Below, in pieces: positions 1 through 10,195 of a stretch of 64,000 nucleotides of DNA. A model generated the notes under the pieces. The model saw only the letters and a program-made list of their open reading frames with translations. It was not told the DNA's origin and did not search any database. The stretch is from Bacteriovoracaceae bacterium (GTDB taxonomy: Bacteria > Bdellovibrionota > Bacteriovoracia > Bacteriovoracales > Bacteriovoracaceae): positions 288,001 through 352,000 of the forward strand of contig JBLWTJ010000001.1 of the NCBI GenBank assembly GCA_048270185.1. Reading direction: 5' to 3'. The position numbers and the translations under genes are program-made. The stretch's first letter is position 1; every line of letters begins with the position of its first letter.

Positions 1-351
1 TTGTCTCAGAGTGTGGGTGTTAGAGGAAAAACGAGAGAACAATTTAATAAACTAAGTAATTTATTAAAGACGAAGGCCAGCATCGGGCCACTAAGTTTTT
101 CAGGGGGCATCAAGGTTTATCTCTTTGGAGACTATTTGGCCGTGACAAAGAAATCTTGTGATATTTTATTTTCCAAAGAAGATGCGCAGATTCCTGATGC
201 TATTCCTTTTCTTTCAAAACAAGACCGAGTGAAAGACTCGCTTAAGAAATGTCCTTTAAATAATGCATCGTTGAAAAAACTTTTTCCTCATCTTGCGGCC
301 CCTGTTCATTATTCATGGCGTAAAGAGGGTAAAGTTTTAGTGTGGTTTTAA
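1..351 (+). CDS. tilS: 3' end of a CDS, probably tRNA(Ile)-lysidine synthase (partial, truncated by window edge)
   Basis: Open frame running in from the edge, directly upstream of ftsH-folP. The tilS-ftsH-folP order is widely conserved. No diagnostic motif is visible in this fragment. Confidence 0.45.
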   Translation: MSQSVGVRGKTREQFNKLSNLLKTKASIGPLSFSGGIKVYLFGDYLAVTKKSCDILFSKEDAQIPDAIPFLSKQDRVKDSLKKCPLNNASLKKLFPHLAAPVHYSWRKEGKVLVWF

Positions 352-360
352 AATACTAGG

Positions 361-388
361 CTTGACGTGGCCTAAAATGATACCATAT
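361..388 (+). promoter_or_regulatory. Possible sigma32-like promoter of ftsH
   Basis: CTTGAC-N14-TACCATAT resembles CTTGAA-N13/14-CCCCATNT. ftsH is a typical heat-shock gene. Confidence 0.3.
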
Positions 389-477
389 TTAGGAGTATAG
401 GGTTACAATAGAGCTTTATATTTTGAATACAATTGTGAACGGATACTTATTAAATAATTAAATTAAAAAGGATTTTA

Positions 478-2394
478 ATGAAAGGACAAAACAAAACTCT
501 TCTTCTTTGGATCATCTTAATCCTCATGTTTGCGGCCATTGCAAAAATCTCTTCAGAAAGTCGCCAGGTTTATAAGCCTGTTACTTATCCTGATTTTGTA
601 AGTGCTATTAAAGGTAAGCATGTTGAAAAAGTTGTTCTTAAAGGAAAAGATAAAATCTTAGGTAAGTTTAAGGACGGTTACGAGCAGGGTGCTTGGTTTG
701 AAGCAACAGGGACAACTGGAGCTGAAACTTTTAAAATTTTAGAAAGTCACGGAATCTACCCTGAGTACGAAGCTGAAGAAAAACAAAATGTTTTCACGAC
801 ATTCCTCCTACACTGGGGGCCAATGATCTTCTTATTCGTCATCGTAATATTCTTCTTAAGACAATTACAGTCTGGTGGAGGAAAGGCCATGAGCTTTGGG
901 AAGTCAAAAGCTAGAATGCTATCTCCACATGATAAGAAAGTAACTTTCTCTGATGTATCAGGTGTTGAAGAAGCAAAAGAAGAACTAGAAGAAGTTGTCG
1001 ACTTCTTAAAAGATCCAAAAAAATATACTGGACTTGGTGGAAAGATTCCTAAAGGTGTAATCCTTGTGGGTCCTCCTGGTACAGGTAAGACACTTCTTGC
1101 AAGGGCCGTTGCTGGTGAAGCAGGCGTACCATTCTTTTCGATTTCAGGATCTGATTTCGTCGAAATGTTCGTAGGTGTTGGTGCTTCACGTGTGCGTGAC
1201 CTATTTGAACAAGGTAAGAAGAACGCTCCATGTATTATCTTTATTGATGAGATCGATGCTGTCGGACGCCACCGTGGACACGGTATGGGTGGAGGACACG
1301 ATGAACGTGAGCAAACTCTAAACCAACTTCTTGTTGAAATGGATGGTTTTGAATCAAATGAAGGTGTCATCCTAATTGCGGCAACAAATAGAATTGACGT
1401 TCTTGATAAGGCCCTTCTAAGACCAGGTCGTTTTGATCGTCGTGTAACTGTTGGACCTCCAGATGTTCGTGGACGTCTAGGGATTCTTAAAGTTCATACA
1501 AAGAAGACTCCACTTGATACAAATGTTGACCTTGAAGTAATTGCTAAGGGAACTCCAGGCTTTACTGGTGCTGACCTGGCAAACCTTGTAAACGAGGCCG
1601 CTCTCTTTGCAGCTCGCTTTGGTAAGAAAGTTCTTCAAATGATCGACTTTGAACAAGCAAAAGATAAGGTTCTAATGGGACCTGAAAGAAAGTCAATGGT
1701 ACTTTCAGATCTAGAAAAGAAAGTAACTGCATACCATGAAGCAGGTCACACGCTAGTAGGAATGAATCTTCCAAAGACAGATCCTATACACAAGGTATCA
1801 ATCATGCCACGTGGTGGAGCTCTAGGTGTAACTCAAACTCTTCCAAACGAAGATATGCATAATCTAACTCTTGAGAAGGCAGAAAATTTCATTGCTTTCC
1901 TTATGGGGGGGCGTGTTGCAGAAGAAATCGTTTTCAATGAAATTTCAAACGGTGCTTCAAATGATATTGAAAGAGCAACTCAACTTGCTTCAAGCATGGT
2001 TTGTTCTTGGGGTATGAGTTCAAAGATGGGACCTCGTAATTTCCATCAACCAGGAAATTCTCCATTTGGTTCAACGGCTCCAAGTGAAGGTGTTGGATAC
2101 TCTGAAGAGACAGCTCGTGAAATCGACAATGAAATCACTCGCTTCCTTGATGAAAATTACAAGCTAGCAAAGAAGATCCTAACTGATAACCGTGATGCAC
2201 TCAATAGAATTGCTGAAGGTCTTATTGTTTGGGAAACTCTCGATGCAAAACAAATTAAGGCCCTAATCGCTGGTGAAGATATTGGTGTTCCTATAATCGA
2301 AGAATCTAAATCGAATGATACTCTCGGTGGAGCTAGTGCAACTGAGCCTAAGGCAACAATTGCAAAACCAATTGATGACCCAAAACTAGCTTAG
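478..2394 (+). CDS. ftsH: ATP-dependent zinc metalloprotease FtsH
   Basis: Two N-terminal TM segments, Walker A GPPGTGKT, Walker [28 protein letters not shown], and HEAGH zinc motif. Confidence 0.98.
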   Translation: MKGQNKTLLLWIILILMFAAIAKISSESRQVYKPVTYPDFVSAIKGKHVEKVVLKGKDKILGKFKDGYEQGAWFEATGTTGAETFKILESHGIYPEYEAEEKQNVFTTFLLHWGPMIFLFVIVIFFLRQLQSGGGKAMSFGKSKARMLSPHDKKVTFSDVSGVEEAKEELEEVVDFLKDPKKYTGLGGKIPKGVILVGPPGTGKTLLARAVAGEAGVPFFSISGSDFVEMFVGVGASRVRDLFEQGKKNAPCIIFIDEIDAVGRHRGHGMGGGHDEREQTLNQLLVEMDGFESNEGVILIAATNRIDVLDKALLRPGRFDRRVTVGPPDVRGRLGILKVHTKKTPLDTNVDLEVIAKGTPGFTGADLANLVNEAALFAARFGKKVLQMIDFEQAKDKVLMGPERKSMVLSDLEKKVTAYHEAGHTLVGMNLPKTDPIHKVSIMPRGGALGVTQTLPNEDMHNLTLEKAENFIAFLMGGRVAEEIVFNEISNGASNDIERATQLASSMVCSWGMSSKMGPRNFHQPGNSPFGSTAPSEGVGYSEETAREIDNEITRFLDENYKLAKKILTDNRDALNRIAEGLIVWETLDAKQIKALIAGEDIGVPIIEESKSNDTLGGASATEPKATIAKPIDDPKLA

Positions 2395-2405
2395 TTAAAT
2401 CAATA

Positions 2406-3242
2406 ATGAAAAAAATCAAATACCTAGGGGTAGCTAATGCTACCCCTAATTCTTTCTCCGACGGCCATTTAAATCTCGACCCTAATTTTCAAAAGCGAAA
2501 ACTTAATAGCTTTTTAGAAGCTTCTTATGGGCTTGATCTAGGAGCTGAAAGTACAGCTCCATTCAATGATCCTATTAGTGAGAATACTGAATGGGAGCGT
2601 TTGGAGAAGTACGTTTTAGAGAATCTCGAGACGTTAAAGAAGTTTCATACCATCTCAATTGATACTTATCGTGCAACAACGATGAAGCGCTTTATGCAAG
2701 AATATGCAGCGTTATTCCAGGAAGTTGTTTGGAATGATGTTTCTGGTGTTGTTGATGCTTCTTGCATTCACTTACTGCAGAGTTACCCTCATTTAAAATA
2801 TATTCTATGCCATAATCTGGCCCCAGAAAGGTCTCTTGCTGGACTTCATATGAAGTATGCTAAAGAAAAATTAACGTCCATAGATATCGCAAAATTCTTC
2901 AAGCTAACTTTAGAAGAGCTATCTAATAATGGTGTTGAATTAAATCGAATCATTCTTGATCCATGTTTTGGTTTTTCAAAAACTCTTGAGCAAAATCTCG
3001 AAATACTAAAAACGATTAGTGATATTTTTGAAATTCATCCTCATTGGCTTATAGGAATATCTAAGAAATCATTCTTGCAATTTTTAGTTGATAGTGAAGG
3101 AAAGTCTAAGCAGGAGAAGATCGAGCTTAGTGAAGCCTATCATTGGCGTTATTTAAAAGAGCTTGAGGATAAGTTTTCCAATGTTGTTACATGTAAGTCA
3201 CTGTATTTTCGAGTCCATGAGATTGGAAATATTACAGCCTAA
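2406..3242 (+). CDS. folP: Dihydropteroate synthase (divergent)
   Basis: NATPNSFSDG, GAEST, ISIDTY, ILDPCFGFSK, GISKKSF and RVHE motifs. Position follows ftsH. Confidence 0.85.
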   Translation: MKKIKYLGVANATPNSFSDGHLNLDPNFQKRKLNSFLEASYGLDLGAESTAPFNDPISENTEWERLEKYVLENLETLKKFHTISIDTYRATTMKRFMQEYAALFQEVVWNDVSGVVDASCIHLLQSYPHLKYILCHNLAPERSLAGLHMKYAKEKLTSIDIAKFFKLTLEELSNNGVELNRIILDPCFGFSKTLEQNLEILKTISDIFEIHPHWLIGISKKSFLQFLVDSEGKSKQEKIELSEAYHWRYLKELEDKFSNVVTCKSLYFRVHEIGNITA

Positions 3243-3296
3243 CTCGTTAAAATAAGATAAATCGACTATAAGTAAGGCTCAAATATTAGAGGGCCT

Positions 3297-4250
3297 ATGA
3301 ATCTATTTAAATTCTTATCACTTATTATTGTCTTAAATTTTACTGCACAGGCAAGCTTCATTACGTTGCCAGTTACTTCGTTGCCAGTAATGAGAAAGAT
3401 AGATTTTGATCTTAATAATATTGATAAGGCCATCTACGGTAGTCTTGATGTTAGGCCAGTTAATGCTAGTCTTAAGACTCCTATCGGTAAAAAGGCCCAT
3501 GCCACGGCCCTACTTGTTAATCGTTTCAGCTTAAATGAAGTTGTTGAAGATAAATTATTCGAACTGACAGGTGTGAATTTTGCAAAAGAGGCAAGATTAT
3601 GTGAAGGGGAGAATGACTTCTTAAGGCAAACTCAATTTGGAAAGTGTAGTGCAGTTCTTGTCGGCCCAAAACAACTTCTGACGGCCGCTCACTGTATTCG
3701 CAATATTCAGCTTGATTGTGATCGTAAAAGCTTCATCTTTGATGCACGCCAAGATCTAGGAACAGATAAGAGAACTCAATACTTTGTTAAGTCTCAAGTC
3801 TATCACTGTAGTAAGATTCTAGCCTATAATCAAAGCCGAGATGATACCTTTGACTATGCTCTGATTGAGCTTGACCGTAATGTTACAGGCGGTAGAGAGC
3901 CTGTTGAAGTTAAGAAGGATGAGCTTCAAAATGGAGATGAAGTCTATATGTTAGGGCATCCAAATGGATTCTTAGCTCAATATTCTTCAAATGGTTTTGT
4001 TCGCTCAGATGATGATCTATTTTATAATACAAATCTTGATGCCTTTGGCGGCAATAGTGGTGGACCAGTTTTCGATAAGAGTACGAATGAGCTAGTGGGA
4101 CTGCTTATTCGTGGCCATGATGATCTAAAGTGGGATACCGAAGCTCAATGTAATCGAGTTGTCTATTGTGAAGAAGATGAGTGTGATGGTGAGTCAGTCT
4201 TAAAAATTGGCCGCATTATTGACGATATCCAAAAGGCCCGTAATAATTAA
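3297..4250 (+). CDS. Secreted trypsin-like (S1/V8-type) serine protease
   Basis: Signal peptide and catalytic triad motifs LTAAHC, DYALI and GGNSGGP. Confidence 0.92.
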   Translation: MNLFKFLSLIIVLNFTAQASFITLPVTSLPVMRKIDFDLNNIDKAIYGSLDVRPVNASLKTPIGKKAHATALLVNRFSLNEVVEDKLFELTGVNFAKEARLCEGENDFLRQTQFGKCSAVLVGPKQLLTAAHCIRNIQLDCDRKSFIFDARQDLGTDKRTQYFVKSQVYHCSKILAYNQSRDDTFDYALIELDRNVTGGREPVEVKKDELQNGDEVYMLGHPNGFLAQYSSNGFVRSDDDLFYNTNLDAFGGNSGGPVFDKSTNELVGLLIRGHDDLKWDTEAQCNRVVYCEEDECDGESVLKIGRIIDDIQKARNN

Positions 4251-4253
4251 TAT

Positions 4254-4646
4254 ATGAAACTTGGCCATATCATTCTCTTTAGCTCAAATGCACATCTTAG
4301 TGCCGCTTTTCTAAGCGATGTCTTTGATCTAGAAATTGAACAAGCCTCTGACTCAATTGCTATCTTTAATGAAGATTTGCGTTTCCTAATTGTTGAGCGT
4401 CCAAAGCTTGCCCAGGTTGGAAATAATATTGTCTTTGACTTCATTGTCGATTCTTATGATGAACTGGTTGAACTTCAAAAGAAGGTCGAGTTTGTTAATT
4501 ATCGTCTTGAAAGCTCTGGTGAAAACCTACACATCTTAAATGAAGAAAAATCTCCTGAAATTCTTGAGCATGAAGGTGTGCAATTCTTCTTCCTTACAGA
4601 CCCTGACAACCGTCGCTGGAAAGTTACCCTACTTAATTCATTATAA
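4254..4646 (+). CDS. VOC (glyoxalase/bleomycin resistance) fold protein
   Basis: N-terminal LGHIIL...SAAFL.DVF and C-terminal FFLTDPDNRRW, typical of the VOC fold. Confidence 0.7.
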   Translation: MKLGHIILFSSNAHLSAAFLSDVFDLEIEQASDSIAIFNEDLRFLIVERPKLAQVGNNIVFDFIVDSYDELVELQKKVEFVNYRLESSGENLHILNEEKSPEILEHEGVQFFFLTDPDNRRWKVTLLNSL

Positions 4647-4786
4647 TTAAAATTCACTCAAATTAGCTTTTAACTTAACTTTATTTAAGTCACAAAGATG
4701 ACACCTCTTTACTTGCAAATTGGCACTAGTGCTGGTCATTTTGACAGTGGCCTTGATGGATGTCGTTGATATCGCGACATGAACAG

Positions 4787-4803
4787 TTGGCACGAATCGT
4801 GCT
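4787..4803 (+). promoter_or_regulatory. Sigma54 (-24/-12) promoter
   Basis: TTGGCACGAATCGTGCT has exact GG-N10-GC spacing and lies about 65 bp upstream of the S8 protease start. Confidence 0.7.
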
Positions 4804-4866
4804 TTATATATTAACAGATGCCGGCAGGATGCTAGCAGAACCCGAATAATTAACTCAAGGATGAGT

Positions 4867-6243
4867 ATGCGCTTTTTAGTACTTGCTTTGGCCGCTTTAA
4901 CAGCGGCCAATATTTCGGCCAACTTTATTATTAAGTATAAAGATGGATCAAGTGAAATATCGACAATCAATCCCACTTCAAAATTCTCAAGTTTTGCTCT
5001 TTCTGATGATGTTGAATACGTTGAAGAAGATACAAGACTCTTTGCTAACGCAGGCGAGTATAATGATACTTACTATAATAGTCAGTGGTATTTTCAAAAT
5101 TATCTATCAAATTCTTTCTATCATGCAAGAGAGCAGGCCGTGGCCGATGGAGCAAGAACAATTAATGTCGCTGTTATCGATACCGGAATAACTCCTCATG
5201 TTGATCTAAGCTCTTCTGTTGTCGGAGGCTATGATTTTATTTCTGAAAGCGCAAATGCACGCGACGGTAATGGCCGAGATAGCAATCCTAATGATGAAGG
5301 AGATTACTCCGATTCATCAAACTCGACATGGCATGGAACTCACGTTGCAGGAATTATAGCTGCTCGCTCTAACAATAATTATGGAATCGTTGGTGCCGCT
5401 AAGAATATAAATATAGTTCCTATTCGTGTTTTAGGAGCAACAGGTGGCCTAACCTCAGATATTGCTGATGCCGTTCGCTGGGCCGCAGGAGGTAATATTG
5501 CAGGTGTTCCTGCTAATTCTTACCCTGCACGTGTCATTAATATGTCATTAGGAGCACAGGGAAGTTGTAGTCGCTATATGCAAGAGTCAATAGACTTTGC
5601 TAAGTCACGAGGTGCTGTTGTTGTTGTTGCAACGGGAAATTCAAATGCAGATGCTTCTTATTTCACTCCTTCTAATTGTCGAGGTGTTTTAAGAGTTGGT
5701 GCAGTAACTGCAAGTCGCTCACGTTCTTCATACTCCAATTATGGTAGTATCGTCGATATTGCGGCCCCTGGAGATGGAATCATTTCAACAGTAAATAGTG
5801 GTTCAACAACCCAAGTGGCCGGCACAATAAAAAGTATGAATGGAACTTCCATGGCCGCCGGATTTATTTCGGCCACGGCCGCTATGATTTTTCAAGCTAA
5901 TCCAAGTCTATACCCTGATCAAGTTCGAAGTATTATGACTTCAACTACGGCCTCTTACTATTGCGATAAATCAGCTTGCTCACGTGGGGCCGTCGACCCA
6001 TATGAAGCAGTCGATCTTGCCTTTAGCACAACTGCCGATGCTAATTTTAGCTACAATGATCCGGTGCTTGTTGGTGGAACTGCGGCCTTAAATGGTGTTA
6101 ATACTGCCTCTAGTAGTGGGGGAGCTTGTGGGACAATAAGTGATGCTTCTAATAATGGACAGGGGGGAATGTTTGTTGGCCTTGCCCTTATCTTTGCCAT
6201 TGTATGTGCTCATCGTTTCAAATACGTTCGCGTTAATACTTAG
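4867..6243 (+). CDS. Secreted subtilisin-family (S8) serine protease with C-terminal Cys/Gly motif and TM anchor
   Basis: VAVIDTG, HGTHVAG and GTSMA motifs, signal peptide, and C-terminal GGACGTI...hydrophobic helix...HRFK. Start placed at 4867, after the AAGGA RBS. Confidence 0.92.
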   Translation: MRFLVLALAALTAANISANFIIKYKDGSSEISTINPTSKFSSFALSDDVEYVEEDTRLFANAGEYNDTYYNSQWYFQNYLSNSFYHAREQAVADGARTINVAVIDTGITPHVDLSSSVVGGYDFISESANARDGNGRDSNPNDEGDYSDSSNSTWHGTHVAGIIAARSNNNYGIVGAAKNINIVPIRVLGATGGLTSDIADAVRWAAGGNIAGVPANSYPARVINMSLGAQGSCSRYMQESIDFAKSRGAVVVVATGNSNADASYFTPSNCRGVLRVGAVTASRSRSSYSNYGSIVDIAAPGDGIISTVNSGSTTQVAGTIKSMNGTSMAAGFISATAAMIFQANPSLYPDQVRSIMTSTTASYYCDKSACSRGAVDPYEAVDLAFSTTADANFSYNDPVLVGGTAALNGVNTASSSGGACGTISDASNNGQGGMFVGLALIFAIVCAHRFKYVRVNT

Positions 6244-6857
6244 GACGCCTTTAGAATCGAGCACTCAACTTCAATACCATCATCAAGAATTCGGCAATTA
6301 TCAACTTTGTAAATCATTTCTCGACTAGTATGTCCTTCAAGCTTAATAAGTGAGTTCTTGGGAATCTCTTCATTAGTATAAAGTTTCATATTTGTAGGAT
6401 TCTTTTCAACCACACGATATCCCTTTATTACATCACTTACTTCAAAGACTTCGATAATATCTTCGCTAATCGAGCGATCACCGTTAATAATCTTGTTGAT
6501 TTGATTTATAACAACATCAAAACCTTGTTGCTTTAAGACAAAGAGATCAACGCCTTTTCTCATTGCCTCTTCAATGACTATGCTATCATTCTCATTTGTC
6601 ACAAGCATGAAGCTTATACTCTTTCCTAATGTACTAATTTCATCAAATAACTCGATACCATCCATTTGTGGCATCATGTAGTCACAGACGATATATAATC
6701 TCTCATTTTCTTCTAATCTTGTGGTACGAACTTCTTCAATGGCCTTAAAAGGATTAGTGTGGAATTTAACGTGTGAATCAAAAGTATGCTCTAGACTTGT
6801 TGCAAGAAGCTTGGCTGTTTCATAGCAATCGTCGATAACAATGATGTGCTTTTTCAT
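6240..6857 (-). CDS. Response regulator receiver protein with small C-terminal beta domain
   Basis: IVIDD, VCDYMMPQMDG (phospho-Asp), LVT and FVLK receiver motifs. Confidence 0.85.
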   Translation of the reverse strand: MKKHIIVIDDCYETAKLLATSLEHTFDSHVKFHTNPFKAIEEVRTTRLEENERLYIVCDYMMPQMDGIELFDEISTLGKSISFMLVTNENDSIVIEEAMRKGVDLFVLKQQGFDVVINQINKIINGDRSISEDIIEVFEVSDVIKGYRVVEKNPTNMKLYTNEEIPKNSLIKLEGHTSREMIYKVDNCRILDDGIEVECSILKAS

Positions 6858-6944
6858 ATAGACAGTATAATTGAGTTAATTGGGAGTCTAGGGATAAGCT
6901 ATCTAAATTTTACTTAATTACCCTAAGGAACTCCCTTATAACGA

Positions 6945-7625
6945 TTACATACTCACTTCTTGAATCTTGTATCCTTCACCGTAGACACTTCTGATGATGA
7001 AGTTTGAGTTTTTAATTTTCTTTCTAATCGAGCTAATATAAGTATCAATCATACGATCGTTTACTTTGTGATTGTCTGGAGCTATATGATTGAGGATTTT
7101 TTCTCGTCCAAGTACACTTTGTTCATTCTTTAATAAGAGATGAATAATCTTAAATTCACTTGAGGTGAAATGAATCCTTTCCCCACGAATTTTAACTTCT
7201 TGAGAGGGGATATTAAGAGCAATATCTCGATAGTTTAAAATCTCAAGAGCATTTTCATTATTCACTGATTTTAGAGTTGTGTTAATAATGCTCTTGACTT
7301 CAGAAGGCTCAAATGGCTTTGAAATAAAGTTAATACCACCAAGCTGATAGCCCGTTACACGTGTATTGACATTATTCTTTGATGAAATAAAGACAATTGG
7401 TGTGTCCTTTAATTCCTCATTCATTTTTAATTGCGAGCAAATCTCAAATCCTGATTCATTTTGTAATAAGATATCGAGGAGAATTAAGTCAGGCTTTTCC
7501 TGCCATGCAAGCGCAATGGCCTCGTCCTGATTGCTGGCATCAATTACTGTATAGTTACTCTCAAGTAGAGCGCGTAATAGATCTCTTACGTCTTGGTCAT
7601 CGTCAATGATAAGAATTTTCTTCAT
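6945..7625 (-). CDS. OmpR/PhoB-family response regulator
   Basis: ILIIDDD, DLILLD and KPF receiver motifs. Winged helix RMIDTYISSIRKKI...IRSVYGEGY. GGAG RBS lies before the MKKIL start. Confidence 0.93.
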   Translation of the reverse strand: MKKILIIDDDQDVRDLLRALLESNYTVIDASNQDEAIALAWQEKPDLILLDILLQNESGFEICSQLKMNEELKDTPIVFISSKNNVNTRVTGYQLGGINFISKPFEPSEVKSIINTTLKSVNNENALEILNYRDIALNIPSQEVKIRGERIHFTSSEFKIIHLLLKNEQSVLGREKILNHIAPDNHKVNDRMIDTYISSIRKKIKNSNFIIRSVYGEGYKIQEVSM

Positions 7626-7701
7626 GAAGATCTCCTTTATATTCATAATATAATGTATAAATATATTAAAAAATCTTCAGCTTAATAAATCTTAAAATAA
7701 A

Positions 7702-8676
7702 TTAAATTGGGCTCTTAAGCTCTTCACCTCGGCTATAACAGTCGATATTTGCATAGATTAAATCGGCCATATCCTGACGGGCCTTATTATTGGCCGAACC
7801 AATATGGGGAAGGATAAAGATATTTGAAAGAGTTCGAAGGGGAGAGTCTACTGATAAAGGCTCATTGCAAACGACATCAAGTCCAGCGCTTGCTTGTGTA
7901 TTTTCCTTAAAGAAATTATACATGGCCTTTTCATTAATAATTTCACCACGGGCCGTGTTAATAAGAAGAACATCCTTCTTCATCTGCTTAAATTCAAAAT
8001 CATTTAATAGCTCATGAGTACTAGTATTATAAGGACAGTGAATTGAAATGATATCGCTTTCTTTTAAAAGCGTTGCTAACTCAACATATGTTGCGTTAAC
8101 TTCCTTTTCAATGCTCTCTTTTCTATTAGGTCCAGTGTAGATAATTTCTTGATTAAAAGCACCTTTACACATTTTTGCAAATTGTGTTCCGATACGCCCT
8201 GCTCCAATAATCCCGTGTTTTAGGTTAAATAGTGATTTGCCAATAAATCCACATGGCTCCCACGTTAGCCATTCATTATTGACGACATTATTTCTTGCTG
8301 CTTCAATCTTTCTAGCGCTACAAAGCATCAATGCCAGGGCCAGCTCCGCTGTAGCCTCTGTTAGAACATTTGGTGTATTAGTTACTTCAATATCTAATTT
8401 TCGTGCCTTCTCAAGATCAATATTATTATAACCAACAGCATATTGGCAGATGAGCTTTAATTTAGGTAGTGACTCTAATAATTGTGCATCAATTTGATTA
8501 CTCAACATTGTTATAAGGACATCACAATCTGTGGCCCTTTCTTTTATGTCATTATTTGTTATAGTTCCTTTCTCACTGCGTTGCCAGACTTCAATCTTGT
8601 GCCCTTGTTCTTGTAGATTTTTAAAAATTTGGCCTGGTAAGTTTTCGGTGGCAAATATCTGCAGCTTTTTAGACAT
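7702..8676 (-). CDS. D-isomer-specific 2-hydroxyacid dehydrogenase (glyoxylate/hydroxypyruvate reductase-like)
   Basis: AVGYNNID, GIIGAGRIG, INTARG, LDV..EP and LPHIGSA motifs. Confidence 0.93.
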   Translation of the reverse strand: MSKKLQIFATENLPGQIFKNLQEQGHKIEVWQRSEKGTITNNDIKERATDCDVLITMLSNQIDAQLLESLPKLKLICQYAVGYNNIDLEKARKLDIEVTNTPNVLTEATAELALALMLCSARKIEAARNNVVNNEWLTWEPCGFIGKSLFNLKHGIIGAGRIGTQFAKMCKGAFNQEIIYTGPNRKESIEKEVNATYVELATLLKESDIISIHCPYNTSTHELLNDFEFKQMKKDVLLINTARGEIINEKAMYNFFKENTQASAGLDVVCNEPLSVDSPLRTLSNIFILPHIGSANNKARQDMADLIYANIDCYSRGEELKSPI

Positions 8677-8790
8677 ATTTTTCCTTATTATGTAAGACGT
8701 TGTAAGCTTAGTTCATTTTACATCTGAGCAAAGCATTTTAAAATAGAATATAGTCTTAATTTTACAAGAATAATTTCATTGGAGGAAATT

Positions 8791-10155
8791 ATGAAAACAA
8801 TATCAAAACTATTGATGCTGGCACTGGCCGCTCAAATCTCTCATGCTGCTACAATTGCTATCATTGACTCTGGAACAGATATGCTTCACGAGGTAATAGC
8901 ACCAAAGGCATGGACTAATTATGTTGAAATTCCTGGAAATAATCGCGATGAAGATCGCAATGGTTACCAAGATGATATTCATGGTTGGAACTTTGCTGAA
9001 TCAAATAACCAAGTGATCGACTACTCATACTTAGGCACTCTAAATGATGACATTGTAAGATTCTTTGAGCTGCAAGAAAAATCGATGAGAGGAACAATTA
9101 CTCAAGAAGAACTCGACTGGATGAGAAGTATTCTTAAAGAAGAGGATTTCTTAAAACGTATTCAAATTTATGGTAATTTCATGCACGGAACTCACGTGGC
9201 CGGCATTAGTGCAGTCAAGTCTGATGATGCTAAAATTATGGCCGTTAAGCTTATTCCAACAGAAGTTAAACTTCCTGGACAAAAGCTTGATGAGAGTAAT
9301 GAATATAGTGAAGAAGGTGTGATCGACTTCTTAGTTAAGAAGGCCATTGATCAATTAGCAAAAGCTCAAACTGCAACATTTACTGAAATTGCATACTATA
9401 TTGATGGACACGGTGCTCGTGTTGCCAATGGTTCTTTTGGGACTGGTTTTCCTCAGGCCAAGATGATTGTTGAAACTGTTATGAAGACTTTCTCTAAGAA
9501 AGAGCCAAAACAAGAAACAGTTGAGCACTATGCTAAATACTTTATTAATGCTCTTGTAGCTAATTCAAAGGCGATGCTTGAAGCGGCTCCAAATACTCTC
9601 TTTGTATTTGCTGCTGGTAATGATGGTTCAAATAATGATATCTATCCAACTTCACCAACAAACGTTCAAGGTGATAATGAGATTTCAGTTGCTGCAACAA
9701 TTGACTTTGATAAATTAGCTCCATTCTCTAACTATGGTGAGAAAATGGTTGATCTTGCAGCTCCTGGTGTCGGGATTCTATCAAGTGCCCCTGGAAATAA
9801 ATATGTTAAAGTTTCTGGAACATCTCAGGCCGCTCCTTACGTTGCTGGTGTTGCAGGTAAGATTCTTGATATTAACCCAGAGCTTAGTGCAAAAGAAGTT
9901 AAGACAATTCTTATGAAGACTGTTGATAGTAAGAGTTTTCTTGCTGGTAAGGTTAAATCATCTGGTATTGTAAATATTGAAAGAGCAACCACTGCAGCTA
10001 ATCTAACTCTTAATATGTCATTAAATGAAGCAATTAGTGAGTCGATTAAGATTGTTGCTGACATGGAGTCTCCACGTATGGAAAAAGCAAGAACTAAGCC
10101 AGTTTATTTTGAGGGTCTAGTAGCTCCACTACCATCACCATTTACAATTAAGTAA
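8791..10155 (+). CDS. Secreted subtilisin-family (S8) serine protease
   Basis: IAIIDSG, HGTHVAG, AAGND and GTSQAAP motifs. GGAGG RBS lies before MKTISK, followed by a signal peptide. Confidence 0.93.
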   Translation: MKTISKLLMLALAAQISHAATIAIIDSGTDMLHEVIAPKAWTNYVEIPGNNRDEDRNGYQDDIHGWNFAESNNQVIDYSYLGTLNDDIVRFFELQEKSMRGTITQEELDWMRSILKEEDFLKRIQIYGNFMHGTHVAGISAVKSDDAKIMAVKLIPTEVKLPGQKLDESNEYSEEGVIDFLVKKAIDQLAKAQTATFTEIAYYIDGHGARVANGSFGTGFPQAKMIVETVMKTFSKKEPKQETVEHYAKYFINALVANSKAMLEAAPNTLFVFAAGNDGSNNDIYPTSPTNVQGDNEISVAATIDFDKLAPFSNYGEKMVDLAAPGVGILSSAPGNKYVKVSGTSQAAPYVAGVAGKILDINPELSAKEVKTILMKTVDSKSFLAGKVKSSGIVNIERATTAANLTLNMSLNEAISESIKIVADMESPRMEKARTKPVYFEGLVAPLPSPFTIK

Positions 10156-10164
10156 GTACAAAAT

Positions 10165-10190
10165 AAAAAAGCCGCTTAAAGCGGCTTTTT
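10165..10190. terminator. Bidirectional intrinsic terminator
   Basis: AAAAAA-GCCGCT-TAA-AGCGGC-TTTTT between convergent genes. Confidence 0.85.
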
Positions 10191-10195
10191 CTTTA

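Noticed and set aside
756..1370. 204-aa antisense ORF inside ftsH, and the many other short nested ORFs in the track
   Set aside because: They are shadows of well-supported genes on the opposite strand or in another frame, with no RBS or motifs.
4647..4976. 109-aa minus-strand ORF
   Set aside because: It overlaps the S8 protease start and its sigma54 promoter and has no recognisable features.
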